Shown: positions 62,282 to 64,000 of the stretch, piece after piece
How positions within the stretch are numbered: position 1 is the first letter of the stretch
Layout: each line of letters begins with the position of its first letter
Assembly (NCBI RefSeq): GCF_018350175.1
Contig: NC_058369.1
Location: forward strand, 3,660,001 to 3,724,000
Direction: 5' to 3'
Source of the DNA: Felis catus
Taxonomy: Eukaryota
Length of the DNA stretch: 64,000 nt
Translations under genes and position numbers: made by a program
Notes under the pieces: generated by a model
Databases searched by the model: none
Seen by the model: the letters and a program-made list of their open reading frames with translations, nothing else
What the model was told of the DNA's origin: nothing

Positions 62282-62960
62282 TTTTTTAATGTTTGTTTAT
62301 TTTTGAGAGAGAGGGAGAGAGGAAGGGGGGAAGGACAGAGAGAAAAGGAGAGAGAGAATCTGTGCTGTCCGTGCGGAGCCCGACGTGGGGCTCAAACTCC
62401 CCAACCGCAAGATCACGCCCTGAGCTGAAATCGAGAGTCGGGCACCTGACTGACTGAGCCACCCAGGTGCCCCTTAAAATGCCGTTTTTAGAAAAAAAGT
62501 TTCTTTATTTATTTTGAGAGAGAGTGTGCACATACCTACGTGTGCGAGACACAGAGGGAGAGAGAGAATCCCAAGCGGGCTCCTCACTGTCAGCACAGAG
62601 CCTGACATGAGGCTCGATCCCACAAACTGTGAGCTCATGAGCTGAACCGAAATCAATAGTCAGATGCCTAACGACGGAGCTACCCAGGTGCCCCTTTAAA
62701 ATACCTTTTGGGCTGTTTTATACCTAGGTGGCTCCGTCGGTTAAGTGTCCAACTTTGACACAGGTCACGATCTCGCCGTTTGTGGGTTCGAGCCCCACGT
62801 CGGGCTCTGTGCCGACAGCTCGGAGCCTGGAGCCTGCTTCCGATTCTGGGTCTCCCTCTCTTTCTGCCCCTCCCCCACTCACACTGTCTGTGTGTCTGTC
62901 TCTCTCCTCCCCCTCTCTCAACAAATAAATAAACATTAAAAAATTACGAATACAATACGA
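62282..62960. mobile_element. Three-SINE cluster (-, -, +)
   Basis: SINE motifs separated by repeated TAAAATACCTT-like target sequences. Confidence 0.88.
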
Positions 62961-63809
62961 TAAAATACCTTGAAAAGAATCGCATTGCCCAGCTGCTGCG
63001 GGTGTTCGCTCCGGGCATTCTGCCTCCTCCTGTACTTTTCTAATAAACCCGGGACAGAGGGTTTGAAAGAGGTGGCCTCAGATGGTGGGCCAATGGTGGG
63101 CTCGTAAGAGATTGAACAACCTCATCATCTCCCGGCTCACATCTACAGAGTGGGTGTGGCCTGTGAGGGGTGACCGGCGGCAGGGGGGTGGCCAGTGTGG
63201 GGCTCCCAGGCCGTGTAGCCAGTTGGGCCAAGCGTGGGCTAGAGTGTGGCTTTTTCTGCCCTGTCGTGATTTAGGAAATCAGGGAGGTGGGCAGTGGAAC
63301 TCAGGTCCCCCGTAGGAGAGGTGAAGAAAAGGTTTTGTTGCTTCAGGGGTGGACTTCAGGCGTCTGGGGGTGGGGTCAGCTAACTGGTCGGTGGACCGAT
63401 CTGGCCCTCTGCCTGTTTTTGCAAGTAAAGTTTTATCGGCACACAGAGTGCGGCGTGCCTGGACAGATCGCCTCTGTCAGCTCGAGCTCGAGGATGGAGA
63501 GTCGAGCTCGAGGATGTAGGTGGGAATATTTACCGTGTGATCCTGTACAGAAGAGGTGTGTCGGCCTTGGTCTGGGTTCGTTTGTCGCTTGCCCGGGGCC
63601 GGATGGGCCAGGCCTTCGTGGACGGGTTCGGAAACGATGTGCTCTGTGTCTCCGAGGGCGTTGCTTTTACTCTTAAAGCTTGTGCTTTGTCGGAAGACGG
63701 CCAGATCTCCAAAACGTGGCCATCTCTTTGTACCCAGATCAGTGTGGCATGTTCTGTGTGCGTACCTCGTTCCGTGCGGTTAGATTAACCTTTAGTGGTC
63801 CCTCGCTGC

Positions 63810-63822
63810 GGTCATCCTGACC
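63810..63822. promoter_or_regulatory. Perfect palindromic oestrogen response element GGTCAtccTGACC
   Basis: Exact IR3 consensus in KDM4B intron 2, outside any repeat I recognise. Confidence 0.6.
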
Positions 63823-64000
63823 TGCCCTCTCCCTCGATCGGCCCATTTTGTAGCTGAAGAAACTGAGCGCCACGACTGAAAAGGGTCTCTGGCGGAGGGA
63901 GAAACATGAATTTAGACTCCTGGTTCCTTCTTCCGAAAGGCCTGGGCGTCCAGGGAGATTAGAATCCTCGAGAGAAAGCAGACCAGTGCCCTGTGGTCTG

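Noticed and set aside
63482..63516. Direct repeat TCGAGCTCGAGGATG x2 with a palindromic core
   Set aside because: Simple 20-bp-period slippage duplication inside a MER58-like fossil

Overview
GC-rich mammalian genomic DNA from a felid, identified by its dense tRNA-derived carnivore SINEs of the SINEC_Fc type; it is not microbial. The + strand carries the 3' part of UHRF1 as 13 coding exons at 1261-20839. All have GT-AG boundaries and join into one open frame of 1822 nt covering the C-terminal tandem Tudor, PHD, SRA, polybasic linker and RING regions. The 3' UTR ends near AATAAA 22208. About 4.7 kb downstream lie the CpG-island/CCAAT-box promoter, non-coding exon 1 (~26929-27045), a 34.7-kb intron 1 and non-coding exon 2 (61726-61823) of KDM4B, the same order as human 19p13.3. 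The rest is repeats: ~50 SINEs, nested LINE-1 fragments, MER20/MER58, MaLR LTRs, MIR/L2 and microsatellites. Nearly all ORFs in the supplied track are spurious. Best candidates for something new: (1) ancient L1MB-like and MER20 copies that look homogenised toward shared GC/CpG-rich sequences; (2) three short, in-frame, stop-free UHRF1 introns, one holding a pure-GC 13-mer minisatellite whose copy number sets the frame; (3) inverted felid SINEs flanking the 301-nt exon pair reported to circularise in human; (4) a perfect oestrogen response element near KDM4B exon 2; (5) a coding (GAGGAC)n acidic expansion beside the UHRF1 polybasic region. Gene, exon-number and repeat-family assignments rest on recalled homology, not on a database search. 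Repeat boundaries are approximate.
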